Shown here one piece after another: positions 19,203 to 28,723 of a DNA stretch of 64,000 nt. The translations under genes were made by a program, and so were the position numbers. Source of the DNA: Eubacteriales bacterium (GTDB taxonomy: Bacteria > Bacillota > Clostridia > Oscillospirales > CAG-272); assembly GCA_045627885.1 (NCBI GenBank), contig JAZQOM010000066.1, forward strand, positions 8,673 through 72,672, read 5' to 3'. The notes under the pieces are model-generated. The model had not been told where the DNA came from, did no database searches, and saw only the letters and a list, made by a program, of their open reading frames with translations. Positions within the stretch are counted from its first letter, which is position 1. Each line of letters starts with the position of its first letter.

Positions 19203-20414
19203 ATGACAAAGAAAAAAGCCGTGCTTATTTTCATCGTTTGTTATGTCGCATATATGACGACATATATAGCAAGGCAGAGTCTTTCAGTCGCCGCCGCTCC
19301 CTTAAAAGAACTTCTTATAATGGATTCCGCGCAGATAGGCACGCTCGGAAGTATATTTTCCGTTGTGTATTCCTGCGGAAGACTCATAAACGGCAGACTC
19401 GGGGACAAAATACATCCGTCCGCGATGATAGCGCTCGGACTTTCTCTTATTGGCGTGAGCAATTTCGGATTTTCTTTCTTTCCGCCGTTTGTATTCTGCG
19501 CCGTCCTGTGGGCAGTGAACGCATACGGTCAGTCGATGCTCTGGGGCAGTATGCTTGTTGTCATGTCGCATACCTTCAAAAAAGAAAAGCTTTCCAAGGT
19601 GATGGCGCTCTACGGCACGGTAGTATCATTCGGTACGGTCGCGGGAGTATTCGTCGCCACCGGAGCGATAAACATATCGGGCGTAAACGCGGCATTTCTT
19701 ACTCCGTGCGTTATTGCGCTCGTCATCGCCGTCGCGGTGCTCGTTACAATAAAGGGCGTTGAGGTCGAAAAAACGGACGGAATAAAAGCGCCGTCGATTC
19801 CGATAAAAAAGCTTTTGACGGACGCAAGGCTTTATACCGCTCTCGCGCCGTCGTTTATTCACGGAATCATTAAGGAAAATGTAAATCTCTGGATGTCAGT
19901 CTATTTCGTCGACCGCTTTGCGATAGACCTCGGAAAATCCGCGCTTTTTGTTTTGTTCATTCCCGCGTTTGCACTTGTGGGCAGGTTCATATATCCGCTT
20001 TTATACAGGTTGTTCGGAAACGACGAAAGAAGGGTAAATATCTTTGCCTTCGTCTGTATCGCGGTATTTGCCGTTCCCGTCACAGCAATCCGCACCGCGG
20101 AGAATTCGTCGCTGTGGCTTCCCGCTCTCGCGGCGATTTCGCTCGGGCTTATTTCCGCGGCGATAAATGTGATAAATCACTCAATGCTTACGATGCTGCC
20201 GCTTAAATTCGCGGCGGAAAACGCTTCGTCATCCGCAAGCGGAATAATGGACTTCGCCACCTACCTCGGAGCAAGTGTCGGCTCGCTTGCATACGGATAT
20301 ATGCTCAAATTCCTTGATTATTCATATATGTTTGCATCGTGGATTCTGATAGCAATTATCGCCGCGACGCTCACTTTTGCAAAGGTTATAAGGGCGCGCG
20401 GAGAAAAACAATGA
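19203..20414 (+). CDS. MFS transporter (organophosphate/sugar-phosphate antiporter-like)
   Basis: 403 aa with about 12 TM segments and the MFS loop motif GRLINGRLGDK. GGGGGAGAAGG RBS. Confidence 0.8.
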   Translation: MTKKKAVLIFIVCYVAYMTTYIARQSLSVAAAPLKELLIMDSAQIGTLGSIFSVVYSCGRLINGRLGDKIHPSAMIALGLSLIGVSNFGFSFFPPFVFCAVLWAVNAYGQSMLWGSMLVVMSHTFKKEKLSKVMALYGTVVSFGTVAGVFVATGAINISGVNAAFLTPCVIALVIAVAVLVTIKGVEVEKTDGIKAPSIPIKKLLTDARLYTALAPSFIHGIIKENVNLWMSVYFVDRFAIDLGKSALFVLFIPAFALVGRFIYPLLYRLFGNDERRVNIFAFVCIAVFAVPVTAIRTAENSSLWLPALAAISLGLISAAINVINHSMLTMLPLKFAAENASSSASGIMDFATYLGASVGSLAYGYMLKFLDYSYMFASWILIAIIAATLTFAKVIRARGEKQ

Positions 20415-20442
20415 CACGCGGAATAAAAAATTGAAAAAAGTA

Positions 20443-20472
20443 TTGACAAGCATACCTTTTGTATGATATACT
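20443..20472 (+). promoter_or_regulatory. sigma-A-type promoter for the tRNA cluster
   Basis: TTGACA, an 18-nt spacer, then TGaTATACT. Confidence 0.55.
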
Positions 20473-20507
20473 CTTTAAGCGTCGTCGGGGAAAGTTATTC
20501 GGAATAC

Positions 20508-20584
20508 GGCGGAATAGCTCAGTTGGCTAGAGCAATCGGTTCATACCCGATCGGTCGGCGGTTCAAGTCCACCTTCCGCTACCA
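20508..20584 (+). tRNA. tRNA-Met (CAT), elongator type
   Basis: Cloverleaf folded by hand. The anticodon loop is TTCATAC within GGTTCATACCCG, and the CCA end is encoded. It resembles my recollection of the Bacillus elongator tRNA-Met. Confidence 0.9.
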
Positions 20585-20611
20585 TTTTCCCTAAAGCGCA
20601 AAATTGAATAT

Positions 20612-20686
20612 GGCCCGTTGGTCAAGCGGCTAAGACATCGCCCTTTCACGGCGAAGACATGAGTTCGATTCTCGTACGGGTCACCA
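20612..20686 (+). tRNA. tRNA-Glu (TTC)
   Basis: Acceptor stem GGCCCGT/ACGGGTC and anticodon stem TCGCC/GGCGA with loop CTTTCAC. CCA end encoded. Confidence 0.92.
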
Positions 20687-20692
20687 AATTTC

Positions 20693-20767
20693 GGCCTGTT
20701 GGTCAAGCGGCTAAGACGACGCCCTCTCACGGCGTAAACGGGGGTTCGATTCCCCCACGGGTCACCA
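20693..20767 (+). tRNA. tRNA-Glu (CTC)
   Basis: Near-copy of the previous tRNA. Anticodon stem ACGCC/GGCGT with loop CTCTCAC. CCA end encoded. Confidence 0.92.
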
Positions 20768-20802
20768 AAAATCCCGTTCACGATAGTGGACGGGATTTTT
20801 TC
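20768..20802 (+). terminator. intrinsic terminator after the tRNA cluster
   Basis: AAAATCCCGT ... ACGGGATTTT stem followed by a T-run. Confidence 0.8.
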
Positions 20803-20891
20803 TTCTTACTTCTTACCTTTTTCCTCTTACCTATCAGTTAAATGCGCCGGGATTTTTGGAAGGTAATAAATAAGAAGTAATAGGTAAGAAG
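20801..20891. repeat. imperfect inverted array of CTTCTTACC-like units
   Basis: Three direct units on the left arm (cttcttac, ttcttacc, ctcttacc) face about three inverted units on the right arm (ggtaat, taagaagt, ggtaagaag). The arms flank a ~25-nt core. Confidence 0.5.
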
Positions 20892-21155
20892 TTCGGTGTC
20901 GGCTTCGCCGACGAATTATTAAGAATACGAGAGCTCAGCACTTCCGTTGCTTTATGTTTGCGAAGCAAGCGCTTCATTTCCCTTGCGGGATTTGTGAAAT
21001 GCGCTGCGGCGCGTGGCGGATTTATTTCATTTTATATTCGAGCAAAGCGAGAATATCTCACTTGTTTTGGAAAATTTTTGAAAAGTTCTTGAAGATACGG
21101 TATTTTTGTGGTAGTTCGTCGCATATACGGCTTTGCGCCGATGCTTTCCGCGCCG

Positions 21156-21184
21156 TTGATTTTTCTTTGAAAATACCGTATAAT
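21156..21184 (+). promoter_or_regulatory. sigma-A-type promoter for the GDPD gene
   Basis: TTGATT, a 17-nt spacer, then TATAAT. Confidence 0.6.
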
Positions 21185-21216
21185 ATATCAGACGATATTT
21201 TTACGGGAGAACGACA

Positions 21217-22029
21217 ATGCCTGCACTTTATACAGTTTTTGCTCTGCTTTTGATGATTTTGCTGTATCTTTTCGCAATTCATCCGCACGCGGGGCGGCGC
21301 GACCGCATGAAAAACTACAAATATATCGCTCACAGAGGACTTTTCGACAACGCTTCCGCGCCGGAGAATTCCATACCCGCGTTCAAAAAAGCCGTAGAAT
21401 CCGGATTTGGGATAGAGCTTGATGTTCAGCTCACCGCAGACAACAGACTTGTCGTTTTTCACGACGATACTCTTGAGCGCGTATGCGGCTCGAAAGCGGC
21501 TTTGCGCGATATGCCGTATGACGAGCTTTCAACGCTGAAGCTTTTCGGCTCGGACGAAAGCATTCCGCTTTTTGAAGATGTACTCAAATCGGTCGACGGA
21601 GCGGTTCCGCTCATAATTGAGATAAAATCCGATAAAAACTATCTTCAGACGGCAAAAAGCACAAACGAAGCACTCAAAAATTATCGCGGAGAATACTGCA
21701 TAGAGTCGTTTAATCCGCTTGTGCTCCGCTGGTTTAGAAAAAACAATAAGAATGTTCTTCGCGGTCAGCTTGCACCTTCACGCGCAAAAAATAAGAGCAT
21801 AAAAGCACTTTTAGCGAGCTTTGCTCTTTCGGCTCTGATTGTAAACTTTTTGTCCGCACCCGATTTTATCGCATATAATCACATTCGCAAAAACAGACTT
21901 TCGCTGAAGCTTTGCAAAAAGCTGTTCGGCGCGGCGACGGCGGCGTGGACGATAAGAAGTCAAAAGGAGCTTGACGCGGCAAAGGAAATGTTTGAAATAT
22001 TCATATTCGACGGCTTTATACCGAAATAA
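21217..22029 (+). CDS. glycerophosphodiester phosphodiesterase family protein (N-terminal membrane anchor)
   Basis: GDPD catalytic motifs HRG...ENS..AF and E.D..LT.D..LVVFHD. Confidence 0.88.
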   Translation: MPALYTVFALLLMILLYLFAIHPHAGRRDRMKNYKYIAHRGLFDNASAPENSIPAFKKAVESGFGIELDVQLTADNRLVVFHDDTLERVCGSKAALRDMPYDELSTLKLFGSDESIPLFEDVLKSVDGAVPLIIEIKSDKNYLQTAKSTNEALKNYRGEYCIESFNPLVLRWFRKNNKNVLRGQLAPSRAKNKSIKALLASFALSALIVNFLSAPDFIAYNHIRKNRLSLKLCKKLFGAATAAWTIRSQKELDAAKEMFEIFIFDGFIPK

Positions 22030-22033
22030 GCAT

Positions 22034-22071
22034 AAAAAATGCGGCTTTGCATCAACAAAGCCGCATTTTTT
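22034..22071. terminator. bidirectional intrinsic terminator (GDPD gene / recR)
   Basis: 16-bp stem AAAAAATGCGGCTTTG / CAAAGCCGCATTTTTT. Confidence 0.85.
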
Positions 22072-22079
22072 AACATTTA

Positions 22080-22676
22080 TTATATTTCTTTTCGTCCCTC
22101 GAGGGCGCGATACAGAGTGACCTCATCGGCGTATTCGAGCTCCGCTCCGACGGGAACGCCGTAGGCAAGGCGCGAAACCTTGACATCAAACGGCTTTATG
22201 AGCTTCGATATATACATCGCGGTCGCTTCGCCCTCTACCGTCGGGTCTGTGGCGATTATTATTTCCGCGATATCGCCGGATGCCGCTCTTGCAACAAGCT
22301 CCTTTATCTTGAGCTGTTCTGCACCTATGCCGTCCATCGGGGAGATAACTCCGTGCAGAACATGGTAAAGTCCGTGATATTCCTTTACCTTTTCGATAGC
22401 CATAACGGCACGCTCATCCTCTACGACGCAGACAACGCTCCTGTCGCGCGACGCGTCGGCGCAAATCGGGCACAGTCCGTCCTCAGAGATGTTCTGGCAG
22501 ACGGGGCAGTAGTGAATGTTCTTCTTGGCGCTCACCATGGCGTCGGAGAATTCTTTTACATCGTCTTCGCTCATCGAGAGAATGTGAAACGCAAGCCTTA
22601 CCGCCGTCTTATAGCCTATCCCGGGAAATTTGGCAAAGGATTTTATAAGCCTGTCGAGTGTCGGAATATATGCCAT
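22080..22676 (-). CDS. recR: recombination protein RecR
   Basis: LIKSFAKFPGIGYKTAVRLAFH helix-hairpin-helix, a C4 zinc finger (CPVC...CPIC) and a Toprim domain. Confidence 0.95.
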   Translation of the reverse strand: MAYIPTLDRLIKSFAKFPGIGYKTAVRLAFHILSMSEDDVKEFSDAMVSAKKNIHYCPVCQNISEDGLCPICADASRDRSVVCVVEDERAVMAIEKVKEYHGLYHVLHGVISPMDGIGAEQLKIKELVARAASGDIAEIIIATDPTVEGEATAMYISKLIKPFDVKVSRLAYGVPVGAELEYADEVTLYRALEGRKEI

Positions 22677-23023
22677 CAGAAAAGCCCGGGAACATTGAGA
22701 GAGCCCGTGATGCTCTCCATAGCCTTGGAGTTTTCTCCCTCAACTCTCTTTATCGCTTCGTTTACCGCCGCGGTAACAAGGTCTTGCAAAGTCTCCGCAT
22801 CGTCGGGGTCGATAACCTCGGGAGAAATGGTAAGCTCCGATATTTCCTTTTTGCCGTTGATTTTCAGCGTTACGGCGCCGCCGCCTGCGGAAATGTTGTA
22901 TACAGCCTCGTCAAGCTCTGCCTGACGCTCCTGCATCTGTTCCTGCATCTTCTGCGCCTGCTTGAGCATAGCCTGCATATTCTGCGGCCCGCCGCCGTAT
23001 CCCTGCGGAAGTCTTGATTTCAT
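22676..23023 (-). CDS. ybaB: YbaB/EbfC family nucleoid-associated protein
   Basis: NMQAMLKQAQKMQEQMQ signature. The stop overlaps the recR start by 1 nt. Confidence 0.93.
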   Translation of the reverse strand: MKSRLPQGYGGGPQNMQAMLKQAQKMQEQMQERQAELDEAVYNISAGGGAVTLKINGKKEISELTISPEVIDPDDAETLQDLVTAAVNEAIKRVEGENSKAMESITGSLNVPGLF

Positions 23024-23039
23024 AATTTATATCCTCCTG

Positions 23040-24578
23040 TCAGTCCAAAAGCCCGCTTTGGCTTTTTTCTGTTTTTTTGACCGTTACTATTACATCCACG
23101 GCTCTGCCGAGAACCTCGGAAGCCGCCTTTTTGAGTATCGCAAGCCTTGTCTGCTTGTTAAGCATCGCGGCGCTCATACTGTCTTCGAGAACTATCTCGA
23201 GAATATCGCCCTTTATAAAGCCTCTGCCCAAGGACACGAAAGAACGCGCAACCTTGTCCTCTCTCGAAACGGCATCAATGAATTCGCCCCAATCGTCGAA
23301 GGCTTTGGAAACAGTGCTCTCCGCCTCGGCGCTTTCTTTTTTGCTTTCTTCGCGCGGCTCGGCGGCGGGAGCTTCTTTCTTCTGCACTACAGGTGCAGGT
23401 TTATTCTCGCTTATGGCTTTTATTTCGGATTTTATGGGCAGAGCCCCTCTTTCGAGAGCCTCAACTCTCGCAAACAGAGCTTCGATATCCGCCGTTTTTT
23501 CTATGTTGCAAAGGCGAATCACCGCCATTTCGAGAGTTGTCCTCTCGTTGACATTCGCCTGCGGGAGAGTGTACATACATTTTTCGAGTACGCCCATTGA
23601 GTAGAGCAGTCTTGATTTTGTAAATCTTGCCGCGGTTGCCTTGCATTTCGCTATTTCCTCGGGAAGCTCGATTATCAGTTTTTCGGGAGCTGCCGCGGTT
23701 GTGATTATCAGCATATCACGGAAGAATTCTATCATTTCCGAGCATATCGTTGCCGCCTTGCCCGTGGAGAGCATCGAGTTTATTATATCGAGAGCGCCGG
23801 AGCTGTCGCCCGAGACAAAGCAAGCGCACAGGTTGTGCATTTTATCTCTGTCGGGAACGCCCAAGAGCTTGCAGGCAAGCTCGTAGTCAATCTTGTTTGT
23901 GTGCCCCGCACATAGCTCAAACAGGCTGAGTGCGTCACGCATCGCCCCTTCGGCAAGCCTTGCAATCAGCGCCGCCGCGTCGGGCTCTATCTGCATATTT
24001 TCTTCTTTTGCTATATATTCGAGACGCTTCACTATATTCTGCGCGTCGATTCTGCCGAAGTCAAAGCGCTGGCAGCGCGAGAGTATCGTTGCGGGAATCT
24101 TATGCGTTTCCGTCGTGCACAGAATGAACAGAACATGCTCGGGCGGCTCCTCGAGAGTTTTCAAAAGCGCATTGAACGCTCCGCCGGAGAGCATGTGAAC
24201 CTCGTCGATGATATATACCTTGCGCTTTCCCTGCGACGGCAAGAACGAAACCTCTTCGATGACGGAGCGAATGTTGTCAACGCCGTTGTTTGAAGCCGCG
24301 TCAATCTCGACTATGTCCAAAAGTGCGCCTCTGTCGGCGGCAAGGCAGTTTTCGCATTTGCCGCAGGGCTCACCGTCCTCGGGATGCTCGCAGTTTACCG
24401 CCTTTGCAAGAATTTTCGCGCAGGTGGTTTTGCCCGTTCCGCGCAGTCCGCAGAACAGATAGGCGTGTGAAACGGTGTTCTGTTTGACTTCGCGCTTCAA
24501 TATTTCGGTTATCATATCCTGACCGAATACATCCGAGAAGGTTTTCGGCCTCCATTTTCTGTAAAGTGCCAGATACAC
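23040..24578 (-). CDS. dnaX: DNA polymerase III subunit gamma/tau
   Basis: ALYRKWRPKTFSDVFGQ and Walker A GLRGTGKTT. The start was moved to the GTG at 24578, which has a GGAGGTGA RBS. The ORF-track start at 24791 would run through the SRP RNA gene. Confidence 0.93.
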   Translation of the reverse strand: MYLALYRKWRPKTFSDVFGQDMITEILKREVKQNTVSHAYLFCGLRGTGKTTCAKILAKAVNCEHPEDGEPCGKCENCLAADRGALLDIVEIDAASNNGVDNIRSVIEEVSFLPSQGKRKVYIIDEVHMLSGGAFNALLKTLEEPPEHVLFILCTTETHKIPATILSRCQRFDFGRIDAQNIVKRLEYIAKEENMQIEPDAAALIARLAEGAMRDALSLFELCAGHTNKIDYELACKLLGVPDRDKMHNLCACFVSGDSSGALDIINSMLSTGKAATICSEMIEFFRDMLIITTAAAPEKLIIELPEEIAKCKATAARFTKSRLLYSMGVLEKCMYTLPQANVNERTTLEMAVIRLCNIEKTADIEALFARVEALERGALPIKSEIKAISENKPAPVVQKKEAPAAEPREESKKESAEAESTVSKAFDDWGEFIDAVSREDKVARSFVSLGRGFIKGDILEIVLEDSMSAAMLNKQTRLAILKKAASEVLGRAVDVIVTVKKTEKSQSGLLD

Positions 24579-24613
24579 GGTATCACCTCCGCTTGATATT
24601 TTATAAAAATAAA

Positions 24614-24916
24614 GACGGCATATATGCCCGCACCGTGCACCGTTCTTTGCACAGCTTCCTACACGCGGTAATATACTCCCTGCTCCCGATAAGCTGCCCC
24701 GCGGCACATCAGACAAACCGCTTAATGCTGCTTGGTTCCCCACCTGACATGGTTCACGGCGTCTGATTGCGCGGGACTTACCGTTCAACACAGTTACATA
24801 TACACCTGCCGCACAGAAAGTGCGCTCGGTCCGGAATCAGTCCCTGCTGTAGCGGATTGCAGGTTACAGGGTGCCGCTGCCTCCCCGATTGGCACGGCGC
24901 GGACATAAATGCCGTC
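24614..24916 (-). ncRNA. ffs: signal recognition particle RNA, long (Bacillus-type, Alu domain-containing) form
   Basis: The reverse complement reads ...CGCCGUGCCAAUCGGGGAGGCAGCGGCACCCUGUAACCUGCAAUCCGCUACAGCAGGG... and ...CCAUGUCAGGUGGGGAACCAAGCAGCAUUAAG...GGUGCACGGU, collinear with the B. subtilis scRNA as I recall it. The 5' and 3' ends pair (ACGGCAU/AUGCCGU). The ffs-dnaX-ybaB-recR order is conserved synteny. Ends are approximate to about 10 nt. Confidence 0.9.
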
Positions 24917-24926
24917 TTAATGTGTT

Positions 24927-25361
24927 TTACGCTTCTATTTTATCTATCATGGCAACGCGTCTTTCGTGACGGCCGCCCTGAAATTCCGTTGAAAGGAAAA
25001 TCTTGATTATCTCTATTGCCACTGCTTTGCCGACTATATTCTGACCGAAGCAGACTACATTCGCGTTGTTATGCTCTCTTGCGAGCCTTGCCGAAACGCA
25101 GTCCGAAAGCGCCGCCGCGCGGATACCCTTGAGCTTATTTGCGGCGTATGACATACCGAGTCCCGTTCCGCATACGAGAACGCCCTTTTCGGCTTCGCCC
25201 TTCTGTACGGCTCTTGCAACCGCCTCCGCGTATATCGGATAGTCGCAGCTCTCTTTGGAATAAGTGCCGTAGTCCTTGTACTCTATTCCGTTTTCTTCAA
25301 AATATTTGATTACCTCGCCCTTTAAGTCAAAGCCTGCGTGGTCGCTTCCTATTGCTATCAT
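24927..25361 (-). CDS. rpiB: ribose-5-phosphate isomerase B
   Basis: MIAIGSDHAGF...VLVCGTGLGMSYAANK, an RpiB/LacAB signature. Confidence 0.93.
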   Translation of the reverse strand: MIAIGSDHAGFDLKGEVIKYFEENGIEYKDYGTYSKESCDYPIYAEAVARAVQKGEAEKGVLVCGTGLGMSYAANKLKGIRAAALSDCVSARLAREHNNANVVCFGQNIVGKAVAIEIIKIFLSTEFQGGRHERRVAMIDKIEA

Positions 25362-25368
25362 AACTACC

Positions 25369-26067
25369 TCACATATCCGCCTGCGGACGCCTTAAATAGA
25401 TGCACGAAAGCTCATCCGCGGTAACGGTTTTATTTTCTTCAAAATATTTTTCCGCCGCTTTCGCAACCGAAAGTGCGCTTTGGAAACGGATATGTTCCGG
25501 CGCAAGCTTTGCTGCGATTTCCGATTTATCCGAATCCTTAAAATGATTATAGCACAAAATTGCTCCGTCGCCAACAAAAATTACGGATTTTTTTTGAGTT
25601 TTTTCGCAAATTTCTGCAATTTTTTCGCAGGCGGCATCCACGCATTCCGCGGCGTCGTCGGTAAGACGGACGGGAGCGCCGTTTGCGGAATCAAACAGCG
25701 CAAAATATGTCTGCTCTCTGCGCGCGTCCATGCAGGCGCATATTATATCGCCCGTATGCGAAACATTATAGGCGAGAGCCTCGAGAGTCGATACGGCGGC
25801 AACGGGAATATCCTTGCCGAAGCAAAGCCCCTTTGCGGCGGCAACGCCGATGCGTACGCCAGTAAAGCTGCCGGGACCTGCGGATATCGCAAGGCGCTCC
25901 ACATCGGAGATTTTCTTCCCCGCGCAGGAGAGCACGGCATCCGCCATATATAAGATGTTTTCGCTGTGTGTAAGCGTATCGTTTACCGAAAACTGCGCAA
26001 GCTCCTTGCCGTCGCAAAGGGCGACGGTTGCGGTTTTTGCGGTGGTATCCATCGAAAGTGTAAGCAT
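25369..26067 (-). CDS. tsaB: tRNA t6A37 threonylcarbamoyltransferase complex subunit TsaB
   Basis: LSMDTT...GPGSFTGVRIGVAAAKGL signature. Lies adjacent to tsaE. Confidence 0.9.
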   Translation of the reverse strand: MLTLSMDTTAKTATVALCDGKELAQFSVNDTLTHSENILYMADAVLSCAGKKISDVERLAISAGPGSFTGVRIGVAAAKGLCFGKDIPVAAVSTLEALAYNVSHTGDIICACMDARREQTYFALFDSANGAPVRLTDDAAECVDAACEKIAEICEKTQKKSVIFVGDGAILCYNHFKDSDKSEIAAKLAPEHIRFQSALSVAKAAEKYFEENKTVTADELSCIYLRRPQADM

Positions 26068-26069
26068 AT

Positions 26070-26498
26070 CTATTCAATATGGGCGACCTTGATAAGCCGC
26101 TTTTCCTCTCCGAGCTTTTCTATTGTTACATCGTATCTTTTTTTCGGCAAGAATTCTTTAACATTCTCGCTCCATTCGGTAAAAACTATGTTTTTGCCGT
26201 CGGCGGCATCGTCAAAGCCTACGGAAACAAGGTCGTCTTCTCCGTGAATACGGTACAAATCAAAGTGGCAAACGGTAAAGGCTTCGCCTTTGTATTCGTT
26301 CATTACCGCGTAAGTCGGGGAGCAGACAAAAGCTCCCGGGCAAAGCACGGAAACCGCACCTCTCGTGAACGCGGTTTTTCCCGCTCCGAGGTCGCCGAAG
26401 AACGCGACAATATCGCCGTGCTTCAATTTTTTTGCAAATTCTTTTGCAAAATTTTCCGTATCGGATTCGCTTTCCGATACAAATTCCGTATATTCCAC
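26070..26498 (-). CDS. tsaE: tRNA t6A37 threonylcarbamoyltransferase complex ATPase TsaE
   Basis: P-loop GDLGAGKTAFTRG and SPTY motif. The start was set to the GTG at 26498. The 61 extra N-terminal residues in the ORF track look non-coding. Confidence 0.85.
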   Translation of the reverse strand: MEYTEFVSESESDTENFAKEFAKKLKHGDIVAFFGDLGAGKTAFTRGAVSVLCPGAFVCSPTYAVMNEYKGEAFTVCHFDLYRIHGEDDLVSVGFDDAADGKNIVFTEWSENVKEFLPKKRYDVTIEKLGEEKRLIKVAHIE

Positions 26499-26675
26499 GG
26501 TTTTGCCGCCTTTCTTTGTAATCACGCAAACGAGTATAACATTTTTTTTGCAAAATGTAAAGCGTATTTTTACTGCGGAAGTAAAAAACGGGGTGTATTC
26601 ATAAAAATAGTGCGGATTTTTGAAGCTCGTGCGGCAATAATGATATTGCGGCACAAAAGCCGCAAATAAAAAGTA

Positions 26676-26704
26676 TTGCAAGACGCCGCAAATTGTGATA
26701 AAAT
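26676..26704 (+). promoter_or_regulatory. sigma-A-type promoter for the deacetylase gene
   Basis: TTGCAA, a 17-nt spacer, then TGaTAAAAT. Confidence 0.5.
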
Positions 26705-26760
26705 TAACCGATTGTATATAATGGTCACTTTGCGGCGAATCTTTGCGGAAAACGCATGGT

Positions 26761-27897
26761 ATGGCAAAAAGAATATTTATTGTATTCTGTCTTTTGTTTG
26801 CCGTTTTTGCATTTTGCGGCGCGGACTGTTACGCGATAAAAGAAACGATAGTCCCCACGCCGATAAAAGCGGAGGATATACTCCGCATAAAAGAAAACGG
26901 AAGCAAAGCCGATATTCCGGTGCTCGGCTTTCCGGAGCTCGACGAAAAAACGAAGAGCATGGCGGAAGATATATGCAAAAAATCGGATACGCCCGTCACC
27001 GTGGACTGCGATGTGTTCTTATCGGGCAGGCTGATAAGTGTTCTTTTAAGAGAAAAGACAAGCGGCTCGGAGAAATACCAAAGCGTGGTCTGTGACGCGA
27101 AAAACGGTCACATTGTAAAGCTTTCCGAGCTTGTTTCGGAAAGCTCACCCGATGAGATTTGCGCTTTTGCCGAAGGCGATGGGGACTTTATCGTTACGCT
27201 TCACGGAATCGGTCTGTGCGGCGAAAAAACGGTAAAGGTAATACCTCTTGCACAGGCGGCGCTCAAATACGATGTCACCGATAAAAATGCGCTTTTTCCG
27301 TGGGAAAAGGCGATAGCCTTCACTTTTGATGACGGCCCGAGCAAATACACCGATACCATCTTGGATTTTCTTGATAAAAGCGGCGCAAAGGCGACCTTCT
27401 TCATTCTCGGCTCCCATGTTGAGGCAAACGAAGCAAGAATTTCCCGCATGAAGGCTCTCGGATGTGAGCTCGGATGCCACGGCTTTTCTCATACGGATAT
27501 GAGAAAGCAGAGTGCCGACGCGGTGAAATTTGAGGTCGAAAAGACATCGGAGCTGATATATGAGGCGTGCGGCGAATATCCCACGGTGTTCAGAGCGCCC
27601 TACGGTGAGTTTTCGGCATCGACAAAGGGGATAAAGCTCCACCGCATAAAGTGGTCGGTAGACACGCTCGACTGGAAATCACGCAATAAGCAAAAGGTTG
27701 TGGACGCAATACTATCGTGCGCGAAAGACGGCGATATAGTGCTGTTGCACGATATATTCGGAACGAGCGCTGACGCATTCTGCGAAGCGGCTTCCGAGCT
27801 TATGAAAAGCGGATACAGGCTTGTAACGGTAAGTGAGCTTGCAGGGCTTTCGGGAAAAGAGCCCGATATGAAAACGGTATATTACAAACGCAAATAA
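26761..27897 (+). CDS. polysaccharide (peptidoglycan-type) deacetylase, NodB domain, secreted
   Basis: Signal peptide MAKRIFIVFCLLFAVFAFCGA. NodB motifs FTFDDGP and HGFSHTDM, then LLHD. Confidence 0.88.
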   Translation: MAKRIFIVFCLLFAVFAFCGADCYAIKETIVPTPIKAEDILRIKENGSKADIPVLGFPELDEKTKSMAEDICKKSDTPVTVDCDVFLSGRLISVLLREKTSGSEKYQSVVCDAKNGHIVKLSELVSESSPDEICAFAEGDGDFIVTLHGIGLCGEKTVKVIPLAQAALKYDVTDKNALFPWEKAIAFTFDDGPSKYTDTILDFLDKSGAKATFFILGSHVEANEARISRMKALGCELGCHGFSHTDMRKQSADAVKFEVEKTSELIYEACGEYPTVFRAPYGEFSASTKGIKLHRIKWSVDTLDWKSRNKQKVVDAILSCAKDGDIVLLHDIFGTSADAFCEAASELMKSGYRLVTVSELAGLSGKEPDMKTVYYKRK

Positions 27898-27940
27898 GAC
27901 AGGCGGCGCCTTTTTACGGCGCCGTACATAAGAGGTAAAT

Positions 27941-28723
27941 ATGAAAAAGGACAACAAAAAGGCAAAAAAGGCAATATACATCGTATTGCTTGTTCTTGCC
28001 GTGCTCGCCTGCGTGATTCTCGCGGCGTATTCGGCGTCCGGCTTTATTTCGCGCAAGCTGCGCTATGACAGAATGAATGAAAAGCCGTCCCCGCTGAACG
28101 GAGGCTTTTATCCTATTGATTTTAATGCCGACATTGAAGGCGACGAAGAATATCTTAACAAGAACAGATACATTTCATACACCGACGAGTCCGGAGCCGT
28201 TACCGAAACCATAACCGATGGAAATTATGCGGATTTCGGTCAAGACCTTGTATTTTTCGACAAATATTTTACAACACTCCGAAACGGCGACTATGAGAAT
28301 TACGACAAATTGTTTACGCGCTCGTATTTCTCGACTCACGAGCACACGGATACGGAGCTCGGATTTACAAAGCAGAGAATATACAACATTCACATAAGCT
28401 ACTGCAAGCCGTACAAGGCAAACGGCGTCGAAAACACAATATACGAGGTCGTATACTGCATATTCAAAAACGACGGCTTGTTCAGAAACGATATCCGCTC
28501 CGATGAGTACAGGGCGCTGTATTTTACGCTTTCTCACACAAAGGACGGAGTGCTGATTTCGGATATAGCCTACGGCTACGATTACGACTTCGACTACGAC
28601 GGAAGCAGTCTTAAGGATGAAGTGGTCGCCGCCGTTTTTGCAGTGATAATTCTTGCCGCCGTGATAATAACGACGGTCATCGTGAAGAAGAAAGGAAAAA
28701 AAGATGGAAGAGAAGCTTCTTGA
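27941..28723 (+). CDS. hypothetical membrane protein (TM helix at each end)
   Basis: N-terminal TM IYIVLLVLAVLACVILAAY and C-terminal TM VVAAVFAVIILAAVIITTVIV plus KKKGKK. The 3' end overlaps the nadA start by 20 nt. Confidence 0.7.
   Translation: MKKDNKKAKKAIYIVLLVLAVLACVILAAYSASGFISRKLRYDRMNEKPSPLNGGFYPIDFNADIEGDEEYLNKNRYISYTDESGAVTETITDGNYADFGQDLVFFDKYFTTLRNGDYENYDKLFTRSYFSTHEHTDTELGFTKQRIYNIHISYCKPYKANGVENTIYEVVYCIFKNDGLFRNDIRSDEYRALYFTLSHTKDGVLISDIAYGYDYDFDYDGSSLKDEVVAAVFAVIILAAVIITTVIVKKKGKKDGREAS

Noticed and set aside
20801-21216. Integrated mobile element or prophage remnant at the tRNA-Glu 3' flank.
   Set aside because: No integrase, transposase or phage gene is present, and no duplicated tRNA 3' end forms an att pair. 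The ORFs at 20954-21253 and 21058-21462 lack an RBS and look non-coding.
24579-24791. ORF-track N-terminal extension of dnaX (71 extra residues).
   Set aside because: It overlaps the SRP RNA gene. A GTG with a GGAGGTGA RBS at 24578 gives the canonical YLALYRKWRP N-terminus.
27898-27940. GGCGCC-containing hairpin after the deacetylase gene, considered as a terminator.
   Set aside because: The stem is only ~7 bp and no T-run follows it. The signal is too weak to call.
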